From Planctomycetota bacterium (GTDB taxonomy: Bacteria; Planctomycetota; Phycisphaerae; FEN-1346): a stretch of 45,020 nt of DNA. This document shows, in pieces, positions 42,671 to 45,020 of this stretch. The first letter of the stretch is position 1, and the number at the start of each line of letters is the position of its first letter. The notes beneath the pieces were generated by a model. That model saw nothing but the letters and a program-made list of their open reading frames with translations. It searched no databases and was not told the DNA's origin. The position numbers were made by a program, and so were the translations under genes. Location: positions 1-45,020 of the forward strand of contig JADHXV010000002.1 of the NCBI GenBank assembly GCA_016782785.1. The letters run 5' to 3'.

Positions 42671-43783
42671 ATGATCAGGGAAATCGGGCAACACGTGCTG
42701 GCTGCCGCTCTCAGCCCCACCGAGCGCCTGGAGGCGATGCGGAACCTGGAGTCGTTCCACTTTGCGGACCTGACCCGGCCATCGGTGTACGTGCCGCTGC
42801 TGCTTGTGAGCGTCCTGGCCGTAGCGGCGCTGGTGGCGTACCGCCGGCACCGTGCCCGTGCGGCGCTGGTGGCGGCGTTCGGTCGGGCCGCGGGCCGGGT
42901 GGAGATGACGCCCGCGGAGCGGACCGTGCTGGCCCGGATCGCCCGTGCGGCCGAGCCCAGGGCGCTGAACGAGACGTGGACCCTGGCGTTGGCGTTCGAC
43001 GACGGGATGAAGCGGGTCCTGGTCGACCGGGTGATGCGCGAGTTGGCGCCCGCGGCCCGCCGTCGGGTGCACGAGGTGATCGTGTCGCTGCGCAGCAAAC
43101 TGGGGCTGGCCCCGGCGGGGGAGGCGTCGGCCGAGGCGTCGGGCCTGGTGCGCGACGCCCGGGTCACGCTGGCGCATCCGGGGGCCTCGCCGGAGGTGGG
43201 CGGGACCGTCGTGGGCGTGGGCAACCGCGAGGTAACGGTCCGGCTGGACGAGGCGCTGGAGTTCCGGACGGGGGCGGCGGTGCTGCGGCAGGTGCGCGGC
43301 CGGGAACAATGGGAGTTCAGCGTGGCGGTCGGGCAGGCCGAGGGCGACATGGTCCGTGTCCGGCTCATCGGGACGCCGCAAATGACGAACCTGCGCCGGT
43401 TCGCCCGGGTGGCGACGCGTCGGCCAATCCATGTGGCCCGGTACGATTTCGCGCACGAGGGTCCGGAGGGCCGGCTGCCCGAGTTTGCCGAGGGCACGCT
43501 GATCGAGATCGCCGGGCCGGGCCTGCGGATCGAAGGGCCGATCAAGGCGGCGCTGGGCGAGCGGGTCCTGGTGGTCCTGGAGGTGGACGAGTCGCGGTGC
43601 TTCCGGGGGATGGGGATCGTCCGGCGGTTCACGCCGTCGGACAAGGGGCCGGCCGAACTCGCCGTGGAACTGACGTGCATGAACGAGCAGGAAGTGGCCC
43701 GGCTGGTCAAGGAAACCAACGACACGGCGCGCGATGCCGCCCACGGCGGGACGCCCGCCTCGGCCCGCGCGGCCGCCGCCTGA
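42671..43783 (+). CDS. membrane-anchored PilZ-domain protein (YcgR-like PilZN+PilZ architecture)
   Basis: 370 aa. One TM (VYVPLLLVSVLAVAALVAY) is followed by two beta-barrel-like halves. The RxxxR motif is NLRRFARV and the [DN]xSxxG-like motif is LIEIAGPGLRI. The C-terminal helix is typical of PilZ. Confidence 0.6.
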   Translation: MIREIGQHVLAAALSPTERLEAMRNLESFHFADLTRPSVYVPLLLVSVLAVAALVAYRRHRARAALVAAFGRAAGRVEMTPAERTVLARIARAAEPRALNETWTLALAFDDGMKRVLVDRVMRELAPAARRRVHEVIVSLRSKLGLAPAGEASAEASGLVRDARVTLAHPGASPEVGGTVVGVGNREVTVRLDEALEFRTGAAVLRQVRGREQWEFSVAVGQAEGDMVRVRLIGTPQMTNLRRFARVATRRPIHVARYDFAHEGPEGRLPEFAEGTLIEIAGPGLRIEGPIKAALGERVLVVLEVDESRCFRGMGIVRRFTPSDKGPAELAVELTCMNEQEVARLVKETNDTARDAAHGGTPASARAAAA

Positions 43784-43794
43784 CGGGGAACAAC

Positions 43795-44529
43795 GTGGGC
43801 AGCGAAACGATCTCGGCGCTGACGGGCCTGGGCCACGAGTACGAGGCCATCGCCCACAACCTGGCCAACGCCAACACGGTGGGGTTCAAGCGGCAGATCG
43901 GCGTCTTCACGCAGGAGCCGCCCAAGGTTGGCGTCGGGGCGCAAACGAGCGCGTCGCCGACGTCGGGTCTGCCGGCGACCAAGGCGACGAGCGCCATCGA
44001 CTTCTCGCAGGGGCGGCTGGTTCAGACGGGGCGGTCGCTGGACGTGGCCCTCAGCGGCAAAGGCTTCTTCGTCCTGGAGACGAGCGAGGGCGAACGGTAC
44101 ACGCGCAACGGCGTGTTCCGCGTCAACAGCCGGGGGCAACTGGTGGACGCGGCCGGCCGGACGGTGGCGGGCACCGGCGGGCCGGTGGTGATTCCGTCGT
44201 CGGTGTCGTCGATGGAGGTGGAGATCGGGTCCGACGGCCGCATCTTCGCCGCCGGCACGCCCATCGGCGCGCTGCGGATCGTGGAGTTCGAGGACCCCTC
44301 GGTCCTTCAGCCGGAGGGCATGGGCGCGTTTGTGGCCAAGGGCCGCACGCAGCCCGGCCCGGCGGCCAACACGACCGTCCAGCAGGGCTGCCAGGAGGCG
44401 TCGAACGTCGACACCGTCCGCGAACTGGTGGCCCTGATCAAGGTGACGCGGCTGTACCAGGCCAACGTGCAGGTGATGGCGGGCAAGAGCGACCGCGGCA
44501 AGGACCTGATGCGGGTGGCCATGGCCTGA
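43795..44529 (+). CDS. flgF: flagellar rod protein FlgF
   Basis: GTG start, in the frame of track ORF 42976..44529. The N-terminus is YEAIAHNLANANTVGFKR and the C-terminus is SNVDTVRELVALIKVTRLYQANVQVM. About 244 aa, directly upstream of flgG. Confidence 0.85.
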   Translation: MGSETISALTGLGHEYEAIAHNLANANTVGFKRQIGVFTQEPPKVGVGAQTSASPTSGLPATKATSAIDFSQGRLVQTGRSLDVALSGKGFFVLETSEGERYTRNGVFRVNSRGQLVDAAGRTVAGTGGPVVIPSSVSSMEVEIGSDGRIFAAGTPIGALRIVEFEDPSVLQPEGMGAFVAKGRTQPGPAANTTVQQGCQEASNVDTVRELVALIKVTRLYQANVQVMAGKSDRGKDLMRVAMA

Positions 44530-44546
44530 CCCAGAGGAGGTGAGCG

Positions 44547-45020
44547 ATGCTGCGAGCGTTTTCGACGGCGGCGACCGGCATGACGGCCCAGCAGATGACC
44601 GTCAACGTCATCGCCAACAACCTGGCGAACATGAACACCGCCGGCTTCAAGCGGACCATGATCGACTTCCAGGACTTGGTGTACCTTCGGCTCCAGGAGC
44701 CGGGACGCGAGGTGGCCGCCGGCATCGAGGCGCCCACCGGGTTCGAACTGGGATCGGGCGTCCGGCCGGCGAGCACGCTGCGCGTCTTCACGCAGGGCGA
44801 ACTCGAGAACACCGGCCGCGAACTCGACCTGGCCATCCTGGGCGACGGATTCTTCACCGTCCGCATGCCCAGCGGCGAAGAGCGGTACACCCGCGACGGG
44901 TCGTTCCGCGTCAACGCCAACGGCGAACTGGTGACGGCCAGCGGGTACGTGGTGGAGCCCGGCGTGACGATTCCGTCCGACGCGCGGTCCGTTGCGGTGG
45001 GCGCGGACGGGACGGTGACG
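44547..45020 (+). CDS. flgG: flagellar distal rod protein FlgG (partial, runs off window)
   Basis: ATG at 44547 with GAGGAGG 6 nt upstream. Sequence is MLRAFSTAATGMTAQQMTVNVIANNLANMNTAGFKRTMIDFQDLVY...GDGFFTV...ERYTRDGSFRVNANGELVT. It is not in the ORF track because no stop lies within the window. Confidence 0.93.
   Translation, partial: MLRAFSTAATGMTAQQMTVNVIANNLANMNTAGFKRTMIDFQDLVYLRLQEPGREVAAGIEAPTGFELGSGVRPASTLRVFTQGELENTGRELDLAILGDGFFTVRMPSGEERYTRDGSFRVNANGELVTASGYVVEPGVTIPSDARSVAVGADGTVT

Noticed and set aside
38646-44139. Minus-strand ORFs 38646..40694 (682 aa) and 40984..44139 (1051 aa) opposite fliK, flgE, the PilZ gene and flgF.
   Set aside because: They are antisense shadows of well-supported plus-strand genes. 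The translations are Arg/Pro/Gly-rich with no motifs.

Overview
Very GC-rich window (about 70% by eye, with most codons ending in G or C). It is essentially one large flagellar regulon plus an adjacent glycan-modification island.

**Minus strand, about 38.1 kb down to 7.0 kb.** This is an almost uninterrupted, heavily overlapping array (many ATGA/GTGA/TGATG junctions). In transcription order:
- a frameshifted FleQ-like sigma-54 activator
- a consensus sigma-54 promoter
- two TPR proteins and an NtrC-type response regulator
- flgB, flgC, fliE, fliF, fliG, fliH, fliI, fliJ
- a MotE/YlxF-like gene, motA and two tandem motB paralogs
- fliL, fliM, fliN, fliO, fliP, fliQ, fliR, flhB, flhA
- a small 2-TM ORF, fliA, two small ORFs, two lipoproteins and a FlgM-like gene
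- a sigma-28 promoter, then fliC, fliD, fliS

**Plus strand, from 38.6 kb.** A divergent hook/rod operon starts at another consensus sigma-54 promoter: fliK, flgD, flgE, a PilZ gene, flgF and flgG (which runs off the window).

**Coordinates 1-6.7 kb, minus strand.** These encode DUF354, a SAM methyltransferase, a polysaccharide pyruvyl transferase, a flippase-like membrane protein, an FrhB-like Fe-S protein and a polysaccharide deacetylase. Two near-consensus sigma-70 promoters sit ahead of them.

**RNA genes and arrays.** I saw no rRNA, tRNA, CRISPR array or obvious transposase.

**Taxonomy.** The gene order resembles the Bacillus/spirochaete-type fla operon. Together with the GC content and the CCCTCTCCC-type palindromes, this fits a Planctomycetota-like genome. 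That is inference only.

**Novelty.** Most of the window is canonical flagellar biology. The parts that look under-described are:
- accessory modules: the TPR pair plus orphan regulator at the head of the sigma-54 operon; the fliA-coupled small-protein/lipoprotein module that sits where flhF/flhG usually are; the tandem MotB pair; the PilZ gene inside the hook operon
- a recent 228-bp tandem duplication in fliK
- a frameshift in the putative master regulator
- four families of structured intergenic repeats

**Spurious ORFs.** The many long ORFs antisense to these genes in the supplied track are high-GC shadow ORFs and are not called.
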